Assembly: GCA_016748015.1 (NCBI GenBank)
Contig: JAAOMT010000275.1
Span: forward strand, 310,001-374,000
Direction of reading: 5' to 3'
Length of the DNA: 64,000 nt
From: Geosiphon pyriformis uo1
Lineage: Eukaryota > Fungi > Glomeromycota
A program made the translations under genes and the position numbers. The notes beneath the pieces are model-generated. The model had not been told where the DNA came from. It made no database searches and saw nothing but the letters and a program-made list of their open reading frames with translations. Below are positions 25,150 to 36,815 of the stretch, in pieces (within the stretch, counting starts at the first letter, position 1; every line of letters starts with the position of its first letter).

Positions 25150-27720
25150 AATGTTTCAATCGATTTCTATGTACAACTTTTGCTAAGACTTTGTTATCAA
25201 ATCTTAATTTGTATGATTTATTGTCTAGAATTTTGTGAATATAAAATGGTTTATCTTATTTATATTCAAATTTTCAACTCCATTGTTTTTCAGTCTTAGT
25301 TCTGTGTAAGAAAACTTTGTTTCCAATTGTAAATTCATTGGTGACTAGTGGCAATTTGTTGTTATGCTATTCTTTTTGTTAAGCTTTAAAGTGTTTAATA
25401 TAAATAACTACAATTTGTCATTTTTTTTCTAATGTTCTAAAAAAAGTATAGGTTTTTTGTTAAAGTGTTTCTTGAAAGTTTTCTTTATTAATTGGTTGCA
25501 TGGAGTATGTTTCTATAGTTAAATTGATTAATAATATTGCTGTTCTTTCATAGGTTAAATCAAAAAATGTGTATTTTATGGTATTTTGTTTTATTGTTTT
25601 GTATATTAATAATACTAATAAAATAAAAATATCTCATTTCTGCTTAAAATTGGTTGAAACTTTGGCTAATAATTTATATAATGTTCTATTAAACTATTCT
25701 ATTAGTTTATATGTTTGTAAATAATAGAATAATAATAGAGGTTGTTTAATGTTGAATTATTTACAAATTTCTTGTATTAGGTTATTTACAAAATGTGTTC
25801 TTTGATCAGATAAGAGTTCAAATGAGCATTCATGTTTACAAATAATGTTTTTGCAGATAAAATTTGCTACTAATTTGGCATCTGTTTTTTGGATGGTTTT
25901 AGCTTTAAACCATTTGGTAAGATAGTCTACTATAACTGCAATATAACAGTTTTCTTAATTTGTAATAGATAATAGTTCAACTAAATTGATACCAACTCTG
26001 TCAAAAAATTGTCCAACTTTGATTGAATTTAAAGATTCAGTAGATCAAATTTTTTTTCTTTTTTAACAACTATCACATAATTCTATATATTGTTAAATAT
26101 TTTGATATATATAAGGCCAAAAATAATGTTTTAATATTTGTTGTATTGTGCTGTCTTTTTTCAGATGTGCTAATAAAAGATCTGTATACATGTTGTATAA
26201 GATTGTTTTTTTTTCATATTGTTAGACTAATCTAAATGAATTTGTTGGGTTTTGGCGGTTTTGATAATAAATTTTGTTGTAGTGTAAGAAATATTATTTG
26301 AATTGGTGTTGTAATCAGTGTTTTTCAGCTGAAAACCAATTTTCTGGTATGTTGAGAGTCTCTAAATATTTTTAATATTGTTTTAGTTTTTAGAATCCAT
26401 TGTTTTTTTTGTTGATTGTTGTTAAATTAGTGGTTTGTTGGTGTTAATTCTAATTTTGTCTTATTTTAGAAAGGCTATTTATATTGGTATATAATTTGCC
26501 TAATTTGTGATATACAATATATTTATAGTCTGCTAGAAAATCAGACCATCAGAATTGTTTAATGTTAAATTCAGAGTTTTTTTTGTTAAGCCATTTAAGG
26601 CCAATATTGTCAGTTATAATGTCAAATTTTTTTCCATTTTTTAAGTATTGTTAAAAATGTTTAAGAGCTCAGATAACAGCTGCTGCTTCTAATTTAGTTG
26701 AACCATATTTTGTTTTTGTAGATTTAAGAGTTCTACTAACATAAACAATAACTTATTTATTGCCATTTTCATCCAATTGTAATAAAATGACACCAAAAAC
26801 TATATGTAAAGCATTAGTAGCTAACTGAAATTTTTTATTAAAATTTAAATATGCAAAAATTGGAACTGTGGTGAGTTTTTCTTTGAGAGTGTCAAATGCT
26901 TTTTGTTGAGCTTGTGTTTATTGATATTTCATATTTTTGTTAATCAGATGGTTAAATAGTTTAGCAATATTAGAGAATTTTTTAATGAATTTTCAGTAAT
27001 AGAAGATTAATTTTATAAATTCTCTTAGTTCTGTTGTATTTTGGAGAATTTTGAAATTTTTAACAGCACTAATTGTTTCTGGATTTGTTGGACTTCATTT
27101 TTGCTAATAATGTGTTCAAAAAAGATTAAACTTGTTTTTTTAAAGTAATATTTTTTAATATTTAATTTTAATCTTGCTTTTCATAATCATTAAAAAACTT
27201 TTCACAAGTAGATCAAATGGGCTTTAAAACTTGGAAAGTATACATTAGTGTTATTCAAGTAAATGACTACTGATTGTTATAAAAATTTTTTATAAACAAT
27301 ATTCATAAGTTACTAAAATGTTGCTAGTATGTTGCAAAGTTCAAATAGCATAATATTGAATTTGTAGTTTTCTTTTTGTGTAATGAATGTTGTTTTAGAT
27401 TGATTTTTAAGATCTATTTCAACTTGCCAGTATCTGTTTTTCAAGTCTAAAGTTGAAAAGAACTTGGTTTTTTCTAGAGCATCTAACATGTTGTCGATTT
27501 TTGATAAAGAGTATGTATCTCTAATTGTAACACTATTCAATTGTTAGTAGTTTACACAGAATTTGATTTTGCTATTTTTTTTTTATAAAAACTACTAATA
27601 AGGCTTAAAGATTTTTTGATAGTTGGATAAGACCATTATTAAGCATTTGTTACACTTCTTTTCTGATAAATTAGTGTCTGGTAGATGAAACTCAGTAAGC
27701 TTGTTAATGTTTTGGTAGAA
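25150..27720 (-). pseudogene. RT, RNase H and integrase of element D (disrupted)
   Basis: ORF 27313-27540 (RDTYSLSKIDNMLDAL...FFSTLDLKNRYWQV); RNase H ATNALHIVFGVILLQ; integrase remnants. Confidence 0.9.
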
Positions 27721-28289
27721 CATCTCCTGTATGAATCTAATGCTGCACAATATTAGTTTTTTTAAGAGTATTATTGTCTTTAGCAAATATATCAGCATAT
27801 TCAGCAATTAATTGTTTTAATTGTCTTTGTTGTTGGGATTCTAAGAGACCCATGTTAATTTGAGAAAGTTTTTCTTCTAGAATATGGTAGTTTTTAGTAG
27901 TGAAAATAATGTTTAGATTTAGGAATAAGATATGTTTTACAATTTTAATAAAGTTAGAAACAATCTGAAAGGTTTTATCTTGAAAGATATTGTTATATAT
28001 AATTCTAATTTCTAATTTATTTAATAAAATAATGAGGTAGCTATTGAAGTTATAGAATATAACTCAAAATTTTTTTATTTCTTTTGGAATATAAACATTT
28101 GGAATTGAAATTTCATGCTTTAAGCAGATTTGTTCAATTGACCCAAAGATTTGTTGGATGGTAATAGGCTTTGAGCAAGTGTAGATTTTGTAATATTTTC
28201 CAAATAGTAAAATAATAATTGGTTGGAAAAGTCAAAGAATTTGGTAAAATTTATTTTGTGTATTAAAAGCTATATTTATTGAAACTATA

Positions 28290-28700
28290 AATTGTCCAGT
28301 TAAACCAAAACTTTGAGTTTCTCTTTTACTTTTTCTTAATTGTTTTCTATTGTTAACTGATTGCAAACCTAAAATATTGATTAGAGGTAAATAAATAGCT
28401 TGTGCAATTTTTTCAATATGCTCTATTTTGAATGGTTTTTTGGTTTTATTTTGTAGCATAATGATAATATCTCTAATGTATTCTGTATCTATAACTTCTT
28501 CTTTAATATTGATTTTTTTGTTTGTTAATAATAATTGGAAAACAATTTGAACTATTGCTCCTAGTAATATTTTAAGAGCAATTTTAAGGTTAATTTTTGT
28601 TAACAATTTTGGTTAAAAAACCAGAGTATTTTTCCTAAATATTGTAGATTATATTCAGCATTTATTTTATGAGCTTTTTCTGACTTAATTTTTTAACCAT
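28290..28700 (-). pseudogene. dUTPase domain of element D
   Basis: ORF 28232-28606: EVIDTEY, KIAQAIYLP, RETQSFGLTG. Confidence 0.88.
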
Positions 28701-30503
28701 TATTGTTGAAATATTTAAGTTATATAATTGGTTGATTCTTAATGAAATAGATTGGAGTTGTTGTAATTTTTTTTTTAACTTAAATTTTTCAAACTCAATT
28801 TCCTTTTGATTATTTTTACTGGACAAAAGAATACTAAGAGCATAGTATTCTGAACACTATTTGTCATTACAAAGCATTATGTATTCTTTACACAATTGAA
28901 TGTTTATTTGTTCTAATTATTAAATTTAAGCTTTTTGAATTAGATAAGTGTAATTTGTAATTTAGTGATATGTTTTTACTTTATTTTCATAGTTAAATTC
29001 AACTAATTTTATAATATACTCAATGTATTTAGCTTTTTTTATTTGGTGGATATCTTCTCAGATTTCTTAATTAATTAAAATCATGGCCAGTTCATAAATC
29101 ATTTCAGTATTATGTAAATAATAGTAGAGTTTGTTGAGAGTGCTGTTATATGCTGCATTGAAAAAGATTTTTCTTTTCACTTTTTCTGTAATTAAAAGTG
29201 TATATTGACAGATTTAATTATAGATTTCTCCTCTTATTACAACATCAATTCAGTTGTATTCTTTTGATAATATTTTTTCACATATAAGATATGAAGTGCT
29301 GTTCTATTTTTCACTTTATTTGGAATATTTAAATTATTTTCTATGGCATGTTTTGCAAAAATAATAAGTGCATGTTTCATATTCTTCTTTTGGGGATATG
29401 TATACTCCCATTAATAAAAGCTTTTTGTTGTAGTTTTTACATTTAAATGGAATATAAGATGGTTGTTTTTGTGATTCTGGTATAGAGTATTAAACAATAT
29501 TCTATTTTCTGGTTTTCTCGAAAATCTTTTACTCTGTTTTTCTAGCCCAATTAGATGTTGATTTAAGAGTCATATATGTTTTGGTAATTAACATTTCTTT
29601 CTTTTCTTCAAATTTAAACACTAGAGCTTTTTCGGATCATTTGTTAAAAATACTATATGTAGTAAGTACTTAGGTATTTTGTCTTTAATATGAAATTTTC
29701 AGTTTTTGGGTTTCCTAATTAAGATTTGTATTGGTCTTGAAAAGCCAATTATTTCTGACAAGAGCTTAATATTAGAGTATATTCATGACAAAAATTTTAA
29801 TTGGAATGATAATTCTATCAATAGTAAAGAAAAAATTGTCAATTTTTTTTACTAGAATTTTTTTCATTCTATTAGCTGTGACAATAACTCTCTGGGCAGA
29901 CCTGTTAACAGTTCATTGAAGCTGTTGTATTAATTTATAGGTGATAATACTACTGGCAGATCTATTTTTTAGAATTAATTGAATTGGTTTTTCTTTTACT
30001 TCAGTTTTAATATATATTGCTGTAATTGTTTTCTGTTTATTAACTACTATATTGCTAAGTAAAGATGGTGTTTTATTGGCTTTAAATTCAAATAAAAATA
30101 TATTTAAGAGGTTGGCATTTTGGGCATTTTGGGTTAGTGAAATAATATTGTTAAAAGAATTTAATCTTGGTGCTGCAGCTTTATTTTTAAAAAGTGCAGA
30201 TTGTTAAAAATCTAGTTTTTCAGCTATTGTTAAATAACTTGGTTAAATATAATAGTAATTAGGTTTTTGTTGACCAGAATTTCAGAGAACCAATTTGTTG
30301 TTTAAATTAATTCTGTTGTTGTTACTTTGAAAGCAATTTTGAGGTGTAAATTGGTTTTGTTAAACCAATCTTTGAGCAGATATTTGATATTATTAAGTAG
30401 ATGATAATTAATATTGCTGAATTGGTAGAGATTGTTAATATTGCTGCTGTATTAGTTGTAGAGCAGATTGATAGTAATTGTTTTGATTTTGTGGTCTTAA
30501 TAA

Positions 30504-31462
30504 TATTATTGGTAATTATTTGAGATCTTAAATCAAATAACAAACTTATAACTTGGTACTTAATAGCTGCTTCAACTGGTAATATTTGAAGGTTTTGATA
30601 ATTTGAAGATTTTTGTGGAATTCTTTATATAATAGACAGAAATTCAATAGTGATATTTTTTAGTAATATTTCTAGTTTCTTTTTAACTCTTGAGTTGGTA
30701 TGCTTTGTTGTCTGTCACTTTCCAGAATTACAATTCTGTCAATTTTTTTCTTGGCATGATGGCTGGCAATCTTTTAGTAAGCTATCCTTAATTATGAGTG
30801 TCTATCCTTATTTCTGGGTCTTTTACCAGTACTATATTCTGATGTTAGTACCCTATGCATTAGTTTTTTAATCAATTAGTAAATCTACAATAAAATAAAA
30901 AAGAAAAAAAAGAAAAAAAAAGAAAAAAAAGAAAAAAAAAAGAAATAAAGAGATAAGCCAAGACAAAAAAAGTTAGTATCTCATTAATAGTCATGATTAA
31001 GAGTTATTGGTTTAGTGTAGTTAAGTATTGGTAATTATCAACATAAGTTGTTAATAATAAAACAATAGATTGTGATGATAATAAGTATTTTATTAATATT
31101 TGAAGTTTCTACTTTAAATTATAGAATACTATTATATGAAGAGATGGATAGAGAATTGAAACTAGAAGTTTTAATCTAAAAATTCTTGCTAAGAATTTTT
31201 ATCTTTCTGTTTTTAATACTACTACTATATATACATAATTTTTATTATATAAGATTTCTTGAATTTTTTAATTCCTTAACCAGAAATCTTGGAATTCTTG
31301 AAATCCTGTAATTTTTTAAGAAGAATTCTGGAATTTTGAAATTCTGCAATTTTTCTTACTAGAATCTTATAATTCTGGAATTTTGGAATTCCACTTTTAC
31401 TGCATTTTATTCTAATTAGTTAATTTGTATACTATATAATTCCTATATTTTTATAAATAACA
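30504..31462 (-). mobile_element. Solo LTR of the B family inserted in the gag region of D
   Basis: Homologous to 844-1707; TSD ATAA at 30500-30503 and 31463-31466. Confidence 0.9.
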
Positions 31463-34400
31463 ATAAGTAATAAGTTGATAATAGAAGTTGGTAATAGGAT
31501 TGCTAAAGTTGAAAATAATGTTGATTATTTTTTTGCTGTTGGTCTTTTTGCATTTTTCAGCAATCTTGTTTCCAATGTTTTGAAATTCCACAATAGTAAT
31601 AGTTTTAAGATTGGTTGTTTGGTGATAATATGTAGTCGTTTTGATTATATTATTGAAGTGGTTGATATTTTTGCTGTAACTGTTGCTGTTGGTTAGTAAA
31701 GTAATTCTCAACTTTTTTGGTCAATTGGTTAATTTTTTTTCAGTTGCTGAGCTGGTTTTTTTAATTGCAAGATTTACAAACTTAGTATAATTGGCTTCTT
31801 TTATAGCTATTTTGTAGTTTTTTGTATGTCAAATAGCTGTAGTTAAGTTGGCTGGAGCATGAGGGTGAACTTTTTTGATTAATTTATTTTTTAATTTTGC
31901 AATAAATTAATCCAAAATCTGAGCATTAGAGTAATAGTTATTGGTTTCTAATTGTTGAATTCATTAAAGCAATTTGTTAAATTTTTTAAGATAAATTATA
32001 ACAGATTTAGATAGTTCTTGCCTAATATTATAGAATCAGTTTTAGAGGGTGATAAATGTGTTGTTGTTAGTGAATTGTTTTAAGAAAGCATCTTTAAATG
32101 CTTGCCAATTTTCAAAAAGTTCAGTCAAATTTTCAAACCATTTTTTTGCTGTTTTTTGGAGAAAGTATAGAATTGTTTTCAACATTTTTGTAGCATTCTA
32201 TCTATTTGCATCTCCTATTTTTTGGACTTTGTTAAACCATTTTTGTGAACTGGTGTCAGCATTTTTTCTTGTGAATTTAGTGATTTTTGCAATGTAGATA
32301 GTTGCCATATCTTCAGAATTTTCATTTTTAGTAGTTTTGTTTTCTGTAGTTTTAGAAGTGTTTTTGTTGTTATTAGAGTAATTACTTTGGTTTTCTGCTA
32401 GAAAATTAAGAAAATTGGTACTGGTGAATATGGATTCTGGTTGTTAAGTAGGACTTTTTGGTGAGGTAAAATCTTCTGGTCTTGAAAATCAGATAAGAGG
32501 TGAATTGAAAGTTTGTGATTAAGCAAATGAAATTGAAAATGGTATAATAGAAAGTGGTAATTTAACACTGATTTCTTGTTTAAATGTTTGCAAGTATTTG
32601 GCAGTTGTTTTTGATGTGTTGTGAATTGTATGGCTAACTTAAAGTATTTTTTTCTTTTGCTTTTTGCTGTTGCTATTTTTTGGTTCTGATTTAAAGTTAA
32701 GAGAGTATTTGAATTATACTGAATATTTTTTTTCACAATACTGAATAATATTAAAGTTGAGTTCATAGAAGTAAGTGTCAAGTGTTTTACTGTTAAGATC
32801 TTTAGTTTCCAAGTGAAAATAGTGCAATAAGTTTTCATAAAAATTGTTTTTGATTTCTGAAATATTGTAGTTTTCAAAAAGATAATTGTTAATATAATTT
32901 TTATTGTATTAGTATAATGTTTTCTTGAGAATTTCAATTTCGTCTTAGTTGTTAAATCTTTGCTTGCAGTAAGTGTAAATTGACTGATAATACTTTAGAG
33001 TTGTTGTGTCAATTGTGATTACTACTTTGAAGTTGTTATTGCTGTATTATTTTTGTGAGCACCAAATGTTTTCAGAGGTTTTTGGTCTCTTTTTTTGAAT
33101 GTTATTAATGTCTGTTTGTTATTAATTTGCATTTTTTGGAAGCTAATAAACCTCCAATAACTGAATTTATTTTCAAATTATCTTCTATAATTTAAACTAC
33201 TGGGCTTATAAATAAAATAGCCAATTTCATACCAGTTACTTTATGTAGTTATATTGTAGTAAACATTAACTCTTTTTCAAGAATTGCTTGTTTGAAAGCT
33301 TATTAAAAATGTGTAGTTATTTTGCTGTAAAAGTCAACTCTTTTACAAAAATTTCGTCTGTAGGCTACTTTAATAATAATAAAAATAAAAAAAATGTAAA
33401 AGAAATAGAATTTTGTCAAGAGAAATGTTTTTTATTCAGGCCTAAAGTCACTAATAGATTATTGAAATTAGTAGCTAATTAATTTCAAAATGTTAATTGG
33501 GTTTTGGGAATTCAAGTATAATAATTAAAGATTTTGGGTTTTTGAATATTTGATTTTTTTTATTTTATTTTTGCAAAGGTATGTAAGAGATGATTGCCAT
33601 TAAATAAGATATCTAAAGTAAGATAAAATACATTTTTTTGAAAAAAAAAGCTTTTTTTTTATACAATTTATTATAATACTAATTTATAAACTTGAATTTT
33701 CTTTTTTGCTATGATTTTAATGAACTAAAGATATATTTTAGTAAACTACAAATTATTTTTACAAACTATTAATTATTTCAGTGAACTATTAATTATTTTG
33801 GTGAATTTCTATAAATTTCAGTAAATTTTTGAATGTTAAGTAGTTCAGGATATTGTGTAATTTGATCATCTTAATTTCTATAATACAAATCAAATTATTG
33901 ATTAAATGATAATATTTGATAATTTGATTAAAAATAATAAGTAATAATTGAAGTAATTATTAATATATGCTAATTAATAATAGAAATTATAAGAGTAATT
34001 TTATGCTAGTTAATAGCTAATATTTTATTGGTAACACTACTTATCTTAAAAAATTTAATTAAACTTTCTATTAAATTCAGATAATTAAAAAAAACTATTA
34101 TATTTCAGATCAAATTTTCAACCAATTTATTAAGAGACTAAAAAACAGTATTTTTTAATTTGTTAGGCTCTAATATTTTAACAACTTATAAGAAACAGTA
34201 ATACTTATTAATAATTTTAAATTTGTAAAACAAAAAGTTAATTACATCCAAACCATTAATTTAATCATAAACAAAATCTCAAACATCAATGTAAAGCTTA
34301 TTCAATTAAGTAAAAAATTAACTCAAAAAATTTAGAAAATTATTAGCCATCTGGATTGCAGAAGCCAAAAAAGCAATTAAAGCCAATAATTAAGATGAGA

Positions 34401-35759
34401 TCAGAATAATTCAAGTCTTACTGTTTTTTTTAACAGAAACTACAGATTCATGATATCAAAGTCTCAAGAAAAAACTGACTGACTTTGCTGCTTTCAAACT
34501 CACTTTTCTATAATACTTTTGTAATTTCAATATACTTAATAGACTACAAAATCAGTTTAGTGTGATAAAACAAAAAGATTATAAAGCAACAAAAAAAATA
34601 AAAAAATAGTCTATATTATTAACAAAAGATAATAAACTGGTATAATTCTATGTTTTATATTAGCACTCTTAAAATTCAATATTAAGTATTAGTTGTATTT
34701 TTTAATTAATATGTATTTTAAGTTATTAATTTATATGTTATTGACTTTAAAGTCCAATAATTAATTTATATTGGAATATTTTACATAGTGTATTTCACAA
34801 AATTGTACTTTTATATAATTAAAAATATTCGAATTTAATACAAAAATTTGGGTTAAAAAGAAAAAATATATTATACATAGAAGTAGTATTTTGTAGTAAT
34901 TATAAAACAATAAAAGTAAAGATTTTTTTTTGTTAGAAACAGCTTATATATTTTGTAAATGTTGTGATTTAAAATTATGTTTAACCTAAAGTTAAAAATA
35001 ATAATTCTTGATACATTAGCATTTAATTAAAATTAATCTAAAATAATTAAAAAATAAAAACTGATTATACAAATTTGGTTGTTTAAATCTATTAACTTAA
35101 TATGCAATTATTTAGATATAGATTTGACGATTTAAATATCAAGATTGGTTAAGAATCAGAACACAAAATAAATAAATAACTAATACAATATTATAAACAA
35201 TAAAAAATATCAATAATTAATTCAACATTATTTAAAATTTATATTTAAAAACAATATTTAAACAATTTTAAAATATATTTTAATATAAAAATAATTTGAA
35301 CAGAAAATTAAAAAAAAAAATTCTTAATAAATTTTATAATAAAAAAAATAGTTGTAAAATGACAAATTAAATAATAAGTAATATTTTTTATTTATCAAGC
35401 TAATTATAAATTTATTGAGTGTTTTTATGAGAATTTTTTTCAAATAAATTTAACTTAAATTTTTAATAATGTTTTTAATTTTAAAATAATTAATAGTTGA
35501 AATAAAGTCAAAAATATCAAAGTAATTAATGTTTTGAAAGATAGAATATTTAATATGATTACTTTAATTTATAAAAGCACAAAAACCTGATTTTAAAATA
35601 TATAATTTATAATTATAAGTTTGTGTTTTAATATTTGCATTAGATTTAAACGACTAAATAATTTGATTCATCTGTTCAATTTTAATAAAAATTAAATGTC
35701 TAGAAAACATGAAAAACTCCAAGTTAATAAAAGATAATAATTAAATTTAAGACTAGAAT

Positions 35760-36815
35760 TATATTTACATGAAATTCAATTCAACATAAATTCAGGAAAT
35801 TAAATTCATGGACAAAATTATTGAACTCATGGTAAGACTTAATAGAGGAATAATATTATAGGCAACGGTGTTTCGATGATAAAAAAACTATTTGAAAATA
35901 ATTATATAAAAGGTTTAATTTAATCAAGCATTGAAATTTTTAATTTAGTTAAAAATTACCTGAATTATAAATTGTGGAATACCCTCAATAAAAATATTGA
36001 CACCACTTCCCCAGAAGATTAAATATTTAACTCTTTTGGATATTGGGGCATTGAAAAGTTCAAAGTTGGCGTATTTCGAATAGAAGAGATTTAAAGCATC
36101 AATATCAGCAGCAGAGAGCAGAGTAGGTAACGCGGCGGGTTTTGGATGTTTCCCTAACCAAAAAACATATTCATCATTTTTGATAATCTCTGTAATTACG
36201 ATGTAAGCTGCTAGTCCACTATTAAAAAGAAAAGGTATAACTAGAAAAAGAATGCTGATAGATAAAAGAATTAATAAGATTTTTCGCAGATTTTAAGGAA
36301 TTTTACTAAAATTTGAGGATTGTCTTGATAAATATAAATCTCTCACATCTTTTCCATTATTTACAATAAATATGATATCAAATGTAACATCAACTAGGAT
36401 TAATGTAATAGAAACAACTATAAAAATTTTACCCTAAAATTATAAAAGTTATTAAATATTTATTTAATTTTAAACTTTAAACTACCAATAATTTCAATAT
36501 ACTGCAACTATAAAAAAGTTAAATACCTCGAGATTTTGCTTTCTTCCTATAAAATATAGTATCATTAATATTACTGCGATAACAGCAATTGCAATTAAAC
36601 TAAATTTATATTCTTCCTAAAGATTGGCTAAAAAAATAGAGCAAGTACACATGTATTAGATGATATGTAATTTAATAGAAATCAAATGTTGAAGATTAAA
36701 TTATGATCACTCACATTTAACTTTGAACCCGTAAGCCTCATCTAAAAAACCCGTATGTGAATGAATGCTAATGGGAGTGAACCGTTTATTCTTTATTATT
36801 ATATCGAGATCATTT
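35760..36815 (-). pseudogene. 5'-truncated multi-exon pseudogene of a multi-pass membrane protein (C-terminal TM region)
   Basis: Spliced reading: NDLDIIIKNKRFTPISIHSHTGFLDEAYGFKVK / NL*EEYKFSLIAIAVIAVILMILYFIGRKQNLE / GKNFIVVSITLILVDVTFDIIFIVNNGKDV / ...FWGSGVNIFIEGIPQFIIQ / YNIIPLLSL. It has premature stops and one defective donor site. Confidence 0.75.

Larger units (their letters stand above)
23187..34036 (-). mobile_element. Ty3/Gypsy LTR retrotransposon D (full length, decayed, dUTPase-bearing; distinct LTR family)
   Basis: LTRs at 23187-24161 and 33067-34036; exact TSD CTAC at 23183-23186 and 34037-34040; PBS TGGTGCTCACA ending at 33064; PPT about 24163-24176. Confidence 0.95.
22936..34590 (+). 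mobile_element. Host gag fragment F (22936-23186 plus 34041-34590), split by element D
   Basis: Reads IKQKDYEVVTT then YL... across the D insertion; the gag core motif is repeated at about 34345-34590. Confidence 0.75.
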
